64,000 nucleotides of DNA, from assembly GCF_035084215.1 (NCBI RefSeq), contig NW_027138580.1, positions 496,001 through 560,000 of the forward strand. Reading direction: 5' to 3'. Of this stretch, positions 11,380-23,879 are shown piece after piece. Within the stretch, counting starts at the first letter, position 1, and every line of letters begins with the position of its first letter. The stretch is from Heptranchias perlo. Its lineage: Eukaryota. A program made the position numbers and the translations under genes. The notes below the pieces were generated by a model. That model searched no databases. It was not told where the DNA came from and was given only the letters and a program-made list of their open reading frames with translations.

Positions 11380-12450
11380 CAATCAATGTGCGCCTGCGCA
11401 CTGGGCTCCCCCCCCCCCCCACTGATAATAGATAGGGCGTATTCCACCACGCGGGGCATGCTGGGCAGGGCCGCCCGCCATTACAGGGTGAAAAAAAAAT
11501 AACCCCCCCTGAATCGGAATGGGAGTTTATTGTCATCATCGGCTGGCCTTGGAAAACAACGCAATCGCCCGCAGGGCGGAGAGAGAGAGTCGGGGGGGGG
11601 GGGGGGGGGGAGAGGACCGCGTTTGAAGCGGAGGTTTAAAGAGTAAATAAAAGCAAGACAGAGGCCGGGAAGAGCCGGGCTGGGTGAAGGAGGCCACCCC
11701 CGCCTCCCGCCCTGAGGTCTCATTTATAAAAAGATTGTTAACTCCGATTCTGCAATCGGTTGATTAATTCGGCAAAGCCATTTCCCGGCCTTAATTCTGA
11801 GCTAACGGTGGAGAGTGATCGACCTGATAGGATGTCGTTCAGCCCTGGAGAAGGTGGGGGGGGGGGTCGGGCCGTGATTGACGTGAGCTCGGGGCCAAAC
11901 AGGAGTGCGGGAAGCAGCAGCAGGTTCCCGACCAATGGCGGGGTGGCAGAGGCGGGAGTTTTTGCACCGGCGGGTGAGACAGCTCCAAGCTGGCGGCCGT
12001 CTGTCTCCCTCATTGTCTGGAGGAGGGGGGAGAGAGAGAGAGGGAGAGAGAGAGGAATTTCCATCTTTGCTTTTATTTCTACTGAATGCACGGGCAGAGC
12101 CCTCGAGTGGTATTTGCACCGTGCAGAGGCCCCGACAGGACACTTAACTCACTCCAATAATAAAATTTGCAACAAAAATAAGATCTTTTACTCACAAGGT
12201 CGTTTTCTCCAACAATAACAAAACTCAATTCTTTCAAAATCGTTCAGAATTTTACATTAAAAAAAAATCTGCAAAAAGATATCCCCGGCCCGGCTGCTCC
12301 AACGCTTCAGACAAAGAGCTAACTGGAAGGGCCCGGATCCATCCGGGCGGCTGGAGGACGTCCCGCCTCTGGCTGCAGCAGGAGCAGCTTCCGGCTGCTC
12401 AGCACTGGGCCACAGCCCACGTCAATCACCAGGGTTCAGGCATGTGTTGG
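11380..12450. promoter_or_regulatory. CpG island, probable promoter of ZNF-A
   Basis: CpG-dense and about 2 kb upstream of the ZNF-A exon. Contains NRF1-like TGCGCCTGCGCA (~11389), ZNF143-like GCATGCTGGG (11456), CCGCCATT, CCAAT and TGACGT. Confidence 0.6.
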
Positions 12451-12599
12451 AAATTCGCAACAGGCCATCGGGGGCCCCCATCCCTCAGTCGGCCTTTGGT
12501 GCTTGCCCTTCGCACCAGCAGTGTTTGCTAATTCCACATGCCCGCCCCGATCAGTAGTCATCTCTGCTTTTATTGATGAGACCGGGGCGAAAAGGGTTA

Positions 12600-13345
12600 A
12601 ATTACGAGGGCAGGTTGCACAGACCAGACTCGCACTCCCTTGAGTATAGAAGATTAAGGGGCAATCTGATCGAGGTGTTTGAGATGATTAAATGAGTTGA
12701 TAGTTTCTCTCTATCTACCCTATTTCCTCTGGGGGGAGTCCAGAACCTTAAAATTAGAGCCAGGCCGTTCAGGGGTGACGTCAGGAAGCAGTTCTTCACA
12801 CAAAAGGGGAGTGGGAATCTGGAACTCTCCCCCCCCCAAAAAGCTGTTGAGGCTGGGGATAGATATAACATCTCAAAACCGAGATCGATCGATTTTTGTT
12901 AGGCGAGGGAATTAAGGGACAAGAAACCTTACTAGAACTAGGGGGCATAATCTTAGAATAAGGGGCTGCTCTTGCAAAACTGAGATGAGGAGAAACTTCT
13001 TCACTCAGAGGGTAGTAGGTCTGTGGAATTTGCTGCCCCAGGAAGCTGTGGAAGCTACATCATTAAATAAATTTAAAACAGAAATAGACAGTTTCCTAGA
13101 AGTAAAGGGAATTAGGGGTTACGGGGAGCGGGCAGGAAATTGGACATGAATTTATATTTGAGGTTAGGATCAGATCAGCCATGATCTTATTGAATGGCGG
13201 AGCAGGCTCGAGGGGCCGATTGGCCTACTCCTGCTCCTATTTCTTATGTTCTTATGAACCAAGGCAGGTAGATGCAGATCAGCCATGACCTAATTGAATG
13301 GGGGAACAGGCTCGAGGGGCTGAATGGCCTCCTCCACTTCCTATG
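12600..13345 (+). mobile_element. Nested CR1 3' fragments (short CR1 interrupted at ~12926-13255 by a second CR1 3' end)
   Basis: GGGCAATCTGATCGAGGTGTT…TTCTTCACACAAAAGGGGAGTGGGAATCTGGAACTCTC. The inner copy ends in the TTCTTATGTTCTTATG microsatellite tail. Confidence 0.8.
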
Positions 13346-14760
13346 ATTCCATATCCCTTTATCCTTTCCTTCAACCAACCATCTAACCTAATCTTAAACG
13401 TTGACACGGTCTCTGCTTCAGTCACTAAATCCAGTAGTGCTTTCCACTGGGGTTGCCAACACCTCCAGGATTGCCCTGGAGTCTCCAGGAATTGAAGATC
13501 AATCTCCTGGAAGCTGCTGCCAGCAAAAACCATTACAATTTATTTTCTTTGAACACTTTCGTTTATTAGTTATAGAAATATTCGAAATTGGGGCGGGGGG
13601 GGGGGGGAGAAAACGACTGTTTGACCATGCAAGGCTGCTGGAGGTGGGAGGTCATGTGATGAAACCTCCAGGGACACGTCTCACCTGAGTTGGTAACCCT
13701 ACATTCCTCAGCCAATCTGTGTCAGCATGTTTCTCCTGCTCCCTGTCCGAAATCTCCCAAATGTAATCGTAGTTCAACACCCCCGAATCATTGGAAAGTG
13801 TCATTTGATATCAACTCTATCCCTTCCCTTTCTAAATGGTAAACACTTCTATCAAATCACCCCTTAATCTCTCTTCTAATGAAAACAGCCCCAATTTTTA
13901 AAAACTTTTCTTCATATTTCCACATACCAGGCAGTGTCCTAATGAATCTATCACCTCAACATCCTTGCTCTAGTGTGGAGCTACACATAGTATTCCAACT
14001 GTAGCTTTACTAACATTTTATAGATTCACCATTGCATTGTTAAGGGCCAGATCCCCTTGAGGTGCTGCTTTTAATGTCTTGTGAACTCGAACACCCCCAA
14101 ATCCCTCTGCTCTTCCACGTCACCCAGCTTCCCCACCTTCTAAATATAATTTTTTTTAAAAACCAAAATGTACCAGCTCACATTTACTGACATTGAATTC
14201 CATCTGCCAGTTATTTAGTCCTATCCCCCCACCTCGTCATTATCCCCTGCCGCTGTCTTCGGTCCTCAGAATTATTTACTCTGCTTCCCATTTTAGTATC
14301 ATCTGGAAATTTGGACACCGCCCCCTCTAACACTATAGCTAAATCATTGATATACACAGTGAACAGAAACGGTCCCAGAACGGAACCCCGAGTCTCTTGA
14401 GAAACTGCCCGTAGCCCTTACTCTCTCTGTTACTTTCCCTCCCACCAGTTTTTAATCCAATTTCCTAACCTCGTCCTAATTCCATACCCCTTAATCTTCT
14501 CCAATAGTCTCCTGTGTGCTACCTTGTCAAAGGCTTTCTGAGAGTCCATATACACCACATCCACTGCATCCACCCCCCTCCATCGCCTCTTCAAAGAAGT
14601 CAGTCAGGTTTCTCAAGCACAATCTTCCTTTCTGAAATCTGTGTTGGCTTCTTCTAATTATTTTCTGTTCACCAAGATATTTACTAATTTCATCTTTAAT
14701 TAAAGATTCCAAAATGTTCCCTACCACAGATGCTAAGTGGCCTCTAATTACTCGGATTAT
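13346..14760 (-). mobile_element. Highly decayed CR1 LINE ORF2 fragment
   Basis: Minus-frame remnants VGNILESLIKDEISKYL…SQHRFQKGRLCLRNLTDFFEE and FKIRLDGWL, with many frameshifts. Confidence 0.75.
13448..13701. mobile_element. Non-autonomous hAT-type DNA transposon (MITE)
   Basis: Terminal inverted repeats TGGGGTTGCCAAC (13448) / GTTGGTAACCCTA (13689-13701). Degenerate 8-bp TSD CTTTCCAC / CATTCCTC (6 of 8 match). It interrupts an old CR1. Confidence 0.65.
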
Positions 14761-14904
14761 CTCCGATTAAAGGGGTTGATAGTTTCTCTCTATCTACCCT
14801 ATTTCCTCTGATGGTGGGGAGTCCAGAACAAGGGGGCATAACCTTAAAATTGGAGCCAGGCCATTCAGGGGTGATGTCAGGAAACAAAGGGGAGTGGAAA
14901 GAAG

Positions 14905-15597
14905 AACATCATCATCCTGGGGGTCACCATTGACCAGAAACTTAACTGGACCAGCCATATAAATACTGTGGCTACGAGAGCAGGTCAGAGGCTGGGTATT
15001 CTGCGGCGAGTGACTCACCTCCTGACTCCCCAAAGCCTTTCCACCATCTACAAGGCACAAGTCAGGAGTGTGATGGAATACTCTCCACTTGCCTGGATGA
15101 GTGCAGCTCCAACAACACTCAAGAAGCTGGACACCATCCAGGACACCATCCAGGCCCGCTTGATTGGCACCCCATCCACCACCCTAAACATTCACTCCCT
15201 TCACCACCGGCGCACAGTGGCTGCAGTGTGTACCATCCACAGGATGCACTGCAGCAACTCACCAAGGCTTCTTCGACAGCACCTCCCAAACCGGCGACCT
15301 CGACCACCCAGAAGGACAAGGGCAGCAGGCACATGGGAACAACACCACCTGCACGTTCCCCTCCAAGTCACACACACCATCCCGACTTGGAAATATATCG
15401 CCGTTCCTTCATCCTCCCTGGGTCAAAATCCTGGAACTCCCTTCCTAACAGCACTGTGGGAGAACCTTCACCACACGGACTGCAGCGGTTCAAGAAGGCG
15501 GCTCACCACTACCTTCTCAAGGGCAATTAGGGATGGGCAATAAATGCCGGCCTCGCCAGCGACGCCCACATCCCATGAACGAATTTAAAAAAAAGAA
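14905..15597 (+). mobile_element. CR1-group non-LTR retrotransposon (family 'b') 3' fragment
   Basis: IYKAQVRSVMEYSPLAWMSAAPTTLKKLDTIQD. Ends GGGCAATAAATGCCGGCCTCGCCAGCGACGCCCACATCCCATGAACGAA plus poly(A). Same family as 25793-27680. Confidence 0.88.
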
Positions 15598-15943
15598 ATA
15601 GGAGCAGGAGTAGGCCATTCGGCCCCTCGAGCCTGCTCCGCCATTCAATCAGATCATGGCTGATCTTCGATCTCAACTCCACTTTCCCGCCCGATCCCCA
15701 TATCCCTTGATTCCCCTCGAGTCCAAAAATCTATCGATCTCAGTCTTGAATATACTCAATGACTGAGCATCCACAGCCCTCTGGGGTGGAGAATTCCAAT
15801 GATTCTCGCTGGGCCGAAAGCTGAGTACAGTTCTCTGTGCTGTGACCATTCTCTGATTCACAACCCTCTGAGTGAAGAAATTTCTCCTCATCTCAGTCCT
15901 AAATGGCTGACCCCTTATCTTGAGACTGTGATCCCTAGTTCTA
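15598..15943 (-). mobile_element. CR1 LINE 3' end
   Basis: RTEMRRNFFTQRVVN…FKTEIDRFLDSRGIKGYG on the minus strand, with the standard 3'UTR. Confidence 0.88.
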
Positions 15944-16242
15944 GAATCTGGAATTCTCTCCCCCAAAAAGCTGTTGAGGCCAATTGAAAATTTCGAAACT
16001 GAAACTGATAGATTTTTGTTAGGCGAGGGTGTTAAGGGATCTGGATCCAAGGCGGGTAGATGGAGTTAAAATGCAGATCAGCCATGATCTAATTGAATAG
16101 ACTCGAGGGGCTGAATGGCCTCCTCCTGTTCCTACGTTTTCCTTTTTGAAAATGGGTATTCCATTGGCCACTCTCCAGCACACCATCCAACTCTCAACGG
16201 ATTCCTGAAATATAATCTCTAGGCCCTCCGCTACTTCTTAGA

Positions 16243-16920
16243 CCATAAGAGATAGGAGCAGGAGTAGGCCATTCGGCCCCTCGAGCCTGCTCCACCATTA
16301 ATGAGATCATGGCTGATCTGATTTTTACCTCAACTCCACTTTCCCGCCCTTTCCCCGTATCCTTTGACTCCCTCGCTGATCAAAAATTTGTTTAACTCAG
16401 CCTTGAATGTATTCAATGACTCAGCCTCCACAGCTTTTTGGGGTAAAGAATTCCAAAGAATCACGACCCTCTGGGAGAAGAAATTCCTCCTCATTTCCGT
16501 CTTAAACTGGCGACCCCTTATTCTTGGACAATGACCCCAAGTTTTAGATTCCCCCATGAGGGGTAACATCCTCTCAGCATCTACCCTATCGAGTCCCCTC
16601 AGAATCTTGTATGTTTCAATAAGATCTCCTCTCATTTTTCTAAACTCCAAAGAGTATAGACCCAACCTGTTCAATCTTTCCTCATAAGACAACCCTTCCA
16701 TACCCGGAATTAACCTGGTGAACCTGCTCTGAACTGCCTCCAATGCAAGTATGTCCTTCCTTAAATAAGGGCACCAGAACTGTACGCAGTACTCCAGGTG
16801 TGGTCTCACCAGCACCCTGTACAGTTGTAGCATGACTTCCCTGCTCTTATACTCCATCCCCCTAGAAATAAAGGCCAATATTCCGTTTGCCCTCCGGATT
16901 ACCTGCTGCACCCGTATGTT
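16243..16920 (-). mobile_element. CR1 LINE 5'-truncated copy
   Basis: ORF 16330-16911 contains ANGILAFISRG…RPHLEYCVQFW…GDLIETYKI…WNSLP. Confidence 0.93.
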
Positions 16921-17325
16921 TCTTCTCCCATTTCCTTCAGGGTTCTTGGATGTATCTCGAGAGCTCCCGGCACTCCTTCCTCATTCAGCTTCTCTAAATC
17001 TTTCCTTTCATTCATTACATCTCTCAGCTCGCTTTTAACCAGTTCGGGATCGGCCTCCTCTCCAACAGCCTCCTCTTTTGTAAACGCTAATGTATCGAAC
17101 TTGTTAAGTATCCCTGCCCATTTCTGCTTAATCCTTCACAAACTCTCTCTTCTCCTCTTGGGGTTCCCAGTGCACATTTAACACTTGTCTTTTTACTGAT
17201 ATATTTGTAGAATATTTTACTGGTCTTTTTAATATTTTTTGAGATTCTCTCTTCAGTCTCCCTTCCTTATCCCTTTCTTAACCTCTTTCCTTATTGTCTC
17301 ACATTCTTTCTTATTTTTTTAATCA

Positions 17326-17810
17326 TATCTCCAAATTACAAAAAGGATATAGAGGCACTGGAGGAGGTGCAAAAAAGACTCACAAGGATGATAACAGAAC
17401 TGAGAGGTTATAACCAGCAGGAAAGGCTGAACAGGCTGGGGCTCTTTTCTCCAGAAAAGAGACCTGATGGAGGTCTTTAAAATTATGTAAAGGTTCAATA
17501 GGGGAGACCAGAACTAGGGGCCATAAATATAAGACAGTCACTAATAAACCCAATAGGGAATTCAGGAGAAACTTCTTTACTCAGAGAGTGGTGAGAATGT
17601 GGAACTCGCTCCCACAAGGAGTAGTTGAGGCGAATAGTGTAGATGGATTTAAGGGGAAGCTCGATAAACACATGAGGGAGAAAGGATAGAAGGATATGCT
17701 GATGGGATTAGATGAAGGGAGGAGGCTCGTGTGAAGCATAAACACCAGCATGGACCAGTTGGGCCGAATGGCCTGTTTCTGTGCTGTAATTTCTAGTTAA
17801 TTCTATGTTA
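17326..17810 (+). mobile_element. CR1 LINE 3' fragment (decayed)
   Basis: AAAAGGATATAGAGGCACTGGAG…AGGAGAAACTTCTTTACTCAGAGAGTGGTGAGAATGTGGAACTC…GGGCCGAATGGCCTGTTTCTGTGCTGTAA tail. Confidence 0.85.
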
Positions 17811-17889
17811 TATAATATCTAAATGCCCTATACGCCTCCGCCTTTGATTTGAGATTTTTTTTGTCACCTCTATTTAGCCACAACATCCT

Positions 17890-18850
17890 GTCGGTTGAAA
17901 TAATTCGACCGCCCACCCAAGCCCCACGCCATGTTTCTCAGCGAGATATCTTCACTGCTCTCCTCCCTCAGCCTCTGCACCGAGCGACTTCTCATCCTCG
18001 GTGATTTCAACCTCCATCTCAACTCATCGCGCTCTCTCTCTCCTCTGAGTTCACTGCCCTCCTCTCCTCCCTCAATCTCTCCCTCCAGATAAACTCCCCT
18101 ACCCATATTCATGGCCACCCCCTCGACCTCGCCATCTCACGTGGCCTCTCCACTCCCATCATGTCAATCACGGATATGGCCGCCTCTGATCACTTCCTCG
18201 TATCCCTCTCCACTCACATCCCCCTTCCCCCTCCCAACCCCACTTCCTTCCGTGTCCACCCCTGGGAAAAAAAACTCTTCCCAAGTCGCTTACAACGGCA
18301 CTTTCAAATTCCCAACTGTCCAGACTTTGTCCCTCCATTCACCATGACATTTCTGCAGCTACCGATCTGCTCAATCACACCCTCACCTCTATCTTTGATG
18401 CCCTTGTCGCCATTACTCTCTCTTGCCCTGGTCGTTCCCCCTGGTATGGCCCTCATCTCCGTTCCCTCAGGTCCAAATGACACAGACTTGAACGTTTATG
18501 GCGGGCAACTGGTTTAGCCATTCATCGCCAGATCTGGCTGGACCACACAAAGCACCATCGGGTCCTGTCCTCCTCTTCCAAAACTGCTCAGTATTCCGGG
18601 ATTATCCAGGAATGCAAAGATAACCCCTGGCCTCTCTCCTCCGCTGCAAAGCGTCTTCCGAACCCCCCCCCTCTCCTCTGCCCCCTCCATCCTCCCCGAA
18701 AACAACAAGTGCGAGGAGCTCATGGACTTCTTTGTCACTAAGATTGAGATCCACCTCTGCCACTTCCCTCCCTTCCCCGAGTCCACCAAGCTAAAAGACC
18801 CCCAAAGTATCCCCCTGCTCCAGCCCTGAACTCACATCTTTCTCTAGTTT
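17890..18850 (+). mobile_element. L2 LINE internal fragment (AP-endonuclease region of ORF2)
   Basis: Frameshifted APE motifs ILGDFNLH (~17993), THIHGHPLDL (~18101) and SDHFLV. Pyrimidine-rich L2 composition. Confidence 0.75.
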
Positions 18851-19081
18851 CTGGGAAACGATCTTTGGAATTTTCGTGCAGCGGCTGGGAATATTTCCTC
18901 AGCCCAGGTACAAATATCGCAAACTGTTTCCTCCAGAAGTCTTAAGAGCATCAAACTGAAATCCAGCGTGTTCCCCAAGAGTGTTCACGGAATGAATGAG
19001 GGCAGCACATGCTCAGGAGGCTGTGATTCGGTAATTATATAAACAGGGGAATCTCCATTATCCACATTCCCGATTATCCCC

Positions 19082-22000
19082 AACACCAATCCCACAGACA
19101 CCGACACCAATCTCCTCCTGTCTGATATAAACCAATTCCAGTCACTGACACCAATCTCCTCCTGTCTGATATGAACCAATCCCACACTCACTGACACCAA
19201 TCTCCTCCTGTCTGATATAAACCAATCCCACACTCACTGACACCAATCTCCTCCTGTCTGATATAAACCAATCCCAGTCACTGACACCAATCTCCTCCTG
19301 TCTGATATAAACCAATCCCAGTCACTGACACCAATCTCCTCCTGTCTGATATAAACCAATCCCACACTCACTGACACCAATCTCCTCCTGTCTGATATAA
19401 ACCAATCCCACACTCACTGACACCAATCTCCTCCTGTCTGATATAAACCAATCCCAGTCACTGACACCAATCTCCTCCTGTCTGATATAAACCAATCCCA
19501 GTCACTGACACCAATCTCCTCCTGTCTGATATAAACCAATCCCAGTCACTGACACCAATCTCCTCCTGTCTGATATAAACCAATCCCACACTCACTGACA
19601 CCAATCTCCTCCTGTCTGATATAAACCAATCCCACACTCACTGACACCAATCTCCTCCTGTCTGATATAAACCAATCCCAGTCACTGACACCAATCTCCT
19701 CCTGTCTGATATAAACCAATCCCACACTCACTGACACCAATCTCCTCCTGTCTGATATAAACCAATCCCAGTCACTGACACCAATCTCCTCCTGTCTGAT
19801 ATAAACCATTCCCAGTCACTGACACCAATCTCCTCCTGTCTGATATAAACCAATCCCAGTCACTGACACCAATCTCCTCCTGTCTGATATAAACCAATCC
19901 CAGTCACTGACACCAATCTCCTCCTGTCTGATATAAACCAATCCCACACTCACTGACACCAATCTCCTCCTGTCTGATATAAACCAATCCCAGTCACTGA
20001 CACCAATCTCCTCCTGTCTGATATAAACCAATCCCACACTCACCGACACCAATCTCCTCCTGTCTGATATAAACCAATCCCAGTCACTGACACCAATCTC
20101 CTCCTGTCTGATATAAACCAAACCCAGTCACTGACACCAATCTCCTCCTGTCTGATATAAACCAATCCCACACTCACTGACACCAATCTCCTCCTGTCTG
20201 ATATAAACCAATCCCACACTCACTGACACCAATCTCCTCCTGTCTGATATAAACCAATCCCAGTCACTGACACCAATCTCCTCCTGTCTGATATAAACCA
20301 ATCCCAGTCACTGACACCAATCTCCTCCTGTCTGATATAAACCAATCCCAGTCACTGACACCAATCTCCTCCTGTCTGATATAAACCAATCCCACACTCA
20401 CTGACACCAATCTCCTCCTGTCTGATATAAACCAATCCCAGTCACTGACACCAATCTCCTCCTGTCTGATATAAACCAATCCCAATCACCGACACCAATC
20501 TCCTCCTGTCTGATATAAACCAATCCCAGTCACTGACACCAATCTCCTCCTGTCTGATATAAACCAATCCCACACTCACTGACACCAATCTCCTCCTGTC
20601 TGATATAAACCAATCCCACACTCACTGACACCAATCTCCTCCTGTCTGATATAAACCAATCCCAGTCACCGACACCAATCTCCTCCTGTCTGATATAAAC
20701 CAATCCCAGTCACCGACACCAATCTCCTCCTGTCTGATATAAACCAATCCCAATCACCGACACCAATCTCCTCCTGTCTGATATAAACCAATCCCAGTCA
20801 CTGACACCAATCTCCTCCTGTCTGATATAAACCAATCCCACACTCACTGACACCAATCTCCTCCTGTCCGATATAAACCAATCCCACACTCACTGACACC
20901 AATCTCCTCCTGTCTGATATAAACCAATCCCACACTCACTGACACCAATCTCCTCCTGTCTGATATAAACCAATCCCACACTCACTGACACCAATCTCCT
21001 CCTGTCTGATATAAACCAATCCCAGTCACTGACACCAATCTCCTCCTGTCTGATATAAACCAATCCCACACTCACTGACACCAATCTCCTCCTGTCTGAT
21101 ATAAACCAATCCCAGTCACTGACACCAATCTCCTCCTGTCTGATATAAACCAATCCCAGTCACTGACACCAATCTCCTCCTGTCTGATATAAACCAATCC
21201 CACACTCACTGACACCAATCTCCTCCTGTCTGATATAAACCAATCCCACACTCACTGACACCAATCTCCTCCTGTCTGATATAAACCAATCCCACTCACT
21301 GACACCAATCTCCTCCTGTCTGATATAAACCAATCCCAGTCACTGACACCAATCTCCTCCTGTCTGATATAAACCAATCCCACTCACTGACACCAATCTC
21401 CTCCTGTCTGATATAAACCAATCCCACACTCACTGACACCAATCTCCTCCTGTCTGATATAAACCAATCCCAGTCACTGACACCAATCTCCTCCTGTCTG
21501 ATATAAACCAATCCCACTCACTGACACCAATCTCCTCCTGTCTGATATAAACCAATCCCAGTCACTGACACCAATCTCCTCCTGTCTGATATAAACCAAT
21601 CCCACACTCACTGACACCAATCTCCTCCTGTCTGATATAAACCAATCCCAGTCACTGACACCAATCTCCTCCTGTCTGATATAAACCAATCCCAGTCACC
21701 GACACCAATCTCCTCCTGTCTGATATAAACCAATCCCAGTCACTGACACCAATCTCCTCCTGTCTGATATAAACCAATCCCAGTCACTGACACCAATCTC
21801 CTGCTGTCTGATGTAAACCAATCCCAGTCACCGACACCAATCTCCTCCTGTCTGATATAAACCAATCCCACTCACTGACACCAATCTCCTCCTGTCTGAT
21901 ATAAACCAATCCCACACTCACTGACACCAATCTCCTCCTGTCTGATATAAACCAATCCCAGTCACTGACACCAATCTCCTCCTGTCTGATATAAACCAAT

Positions 22001-22348
22001 CCCACTCACTGACACCAATCTCCTCCTGTCTGATATAAACCAATCCCAGTCACTGACACCAATCTCCTCCTGTCTGATATAAACCAATCCCACACTCACT
22101 GACACCAATCTCCTCCTGTCTGATATAAACCAATCCCAGTCACTGACACCAATCTCCTCCTGTCTGATATAAACCAATCCCAGTCACTGACACCAATCTC
22201 CTCCTGTCTGATATAAACCAATCCCAGTCACTGACACCAATCTCCTCCTGTCTGATATAAACCAATCCCAGTCACTGACACCAATCTCCTCCTGTCTGAT
22301 ATAAACCAATCCCACACTCACTGACACCAATCTCCTCCTGTCTGATAT
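19082..22348 (+). repeat. 44/46-bp satellite (CACTGACACCAATCTCCTCCTGTCTGATATAAACCAATCCCA[GT|CACT]), about 70 copies
   Basis: 44-bp spacing (e.g. 19261 to 19305) mixed with 46-bp variants. Very homogeneous. The reverse complement lies at 59844-64000. Confidence 0.97.
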
Positions 22349-22559
22349 GAAAGTGGAATCTTTCAGACACTGAATTATAGATTTTTGTACCAAAGATTAA
22401 TTTGGGATTGTTGTGGGATGTTAATAATTTTATTGTGAAATAATTTCAGCTGAGAGTCCCTGAATTAAGGGGAAAGGTCACAGACAGCAGGTCTTAAAGG
22501 GACACCGCGGACACGACAAATTATCAATCAGCTCTCCTCTTATATTAGAAGGAACGAAC

Positions 22560-22805
22560 TATTTGCATTTATTCGGTGCCTTTCATGACCTCGGGACAGG
22601 CAATTAAGTACTGTGCTATAATGCAGGAAACGCGGCAGCCAATTTGCGCACAGCAGGATCCCACAAACTGCAATGTGATAAATGCCCAGATGATCTGTTT
22701 AAGTGATGTTGGTTGAAGGATTAATATTGGCCCCAGGACACCGGCCACTATTTCAAAGAAATTGGCACCTCCGATAGTGCAGCACTCCCTCAGTACTGGC
22801 ACTGA
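22560..22805 (-). mobile_element. DeuSINE (SacSINE1-like) fragment
   Basis: GAAACGCGGCAGCCAATTTGCGCACAGCAGGATCCCACAAAC…GGCACCTCCGATAGTGCAGCACTCCCTCAGTACTGGCAC matches the 7415-7935 element. Further fragments lie at ~24230-24372 (-) and ~29160-29222 (+). Confidence 0.75.
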
Positions 22806-22962
22806 GCGTCATCAGGGGCTCCACATACCGTGCGTTTAACACAAAGCTGATTTATTTGTCACATACACAGAACATTAAACTCCAGGCCAGTCATAGGGAT
22901 CATTAAATGAACACGGTTCAGTCCTGGACGTGATTAACAGCAGCAGAATCCGACCCCTGCGG

Positions 22963-23772
22963 TCAAGTGTGAACTTGCTGGTGCCTCAGCAGGTAGGAGG
23001 ACCGGGTGAATCCCTTCCCGCACACGGAGCAGGTGAACGGCCTCTCTCCCCTGTGCACTTGCTGGTGGGTCAGCAGGCTGGACGATCGCTTAAACCTCTT
23101 CTCACAGTGAGTGCACCTGAAGGGCCTCTCGTCCGTGTGAATGCGCTGGTGGATCAAAAGCTCTTCCGAGCTGCGGAAGCTCTTCCCGCAGTCAGAGCAG
23201 GTGAAGGGCCTCTCGTCCGTGTGAATGCGCTGGTGTCTCAGCAGGCTGGACGACTGAGTGAATCCCTTCCCGCAGTAAGGGCACCTGAACGGCCTCTCCC
23301 CGGTGTGAATGCGCTGGTGTTTCACCAGCTCCTCAGAGCTTTTAAAGCCCTTCCCACAGTCGGAGCATTTAAAGCGTCTCTCGTCGGTGTGAACCCGCTG
23401 GTGCGTCAGCATGTTGGAGGACTGAGTGAATCCCTTCCCACACACGGAGCAGGTGAACGGCCTCTCCCCGGTGTGGCTGTGCCGATGAGTTTCCAGCTCC
23501 GACGGGTAATTGAATCCCTTCCCGCAGTCCCCACACTGATACGGTTGCTCCCCGGTGTGGCCGCGTCTGTGCCTCAACATGTTGGATGATTGGCTGAAGG
23601 CCCGTCCACACAACGAACAGATGTACGGTATCCTACTCTTGTGATTGGTGCTTTCTCCTTCCGCATTCAAAGGCCGACGATATTCAGGTCCTGATGAATC
23701 GAGGGACTCGGTCAGATCTTGACGTGAGGTTTGGTTTGAGTTTCCCGTCTGCAAATACTCCCCTTCTAACAT
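22963..23772 (-). CDS. C2H2 zinc-finger protein (ZNF-B), 8 fingers, 269 aa
   Basis: Eight intact fingers. Acceptor AAACTCCTTTTTACAG|G is followed immediately by ATG ([16 protein letters not shown]…). AATAAA on the minus strand at 22851-22856. Confidence 0.9.
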   Translation of the reverse strand: MLEGEYLQTGNSNQTSRQDLTESLDSSGPEYRRPLNAEGESTNHKSRIPYICSLCGRAFSQSSNMLRHRRGHTGEQPYQCGDCGKGFNYPSELETHRHSHTGERPFTCSVCGKGFTQSSNMLTHQRVHTDERRFKCSDCGKGFKSSEELVKHQRIHTGERPFRCPYCGKGFTQSSSLLRHQRIHTDERPFTCSDCGKSFRSSEELLIHQRIHTDERPFRCTHCEKRFKRSSSLLTHQQVHRGERPFTCSVCGKGFTRSSYLLRHQQVHT

Positions 23773-23879
23773 CCTGTAAAAAGGAGTTTACCAAAATTCA
23801 TCATTGTGAACACAGGATAGAAATTCAGAGCAGACAATTCTAGTTTCTGTGGAACATTCTCTCCTCTCTCATTCCTCCC

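Larger units (their letters stand above)
14765..16135 (+). mobile_element. Short CR1 3' fragment (14765-14900 and 15944-16135) interrupted by two younger LINE insertions
   Basis: The sequence breaks after …GGGAGTGGAAA and resumes at GAATCTGGAATTCTCTCCCCCAAAAAGCTGTTGAGG, as in the intact copy at 30975-31358. Confidence 0.7.

Noticed and set aside
19082-22348. CRISPR-like appearance of the short regular repeats (also 1620-4139 and 40655-41060)
   Set aside because: Head-to-tail units with no unique spacers, no cas genes and a eukaryotic context.
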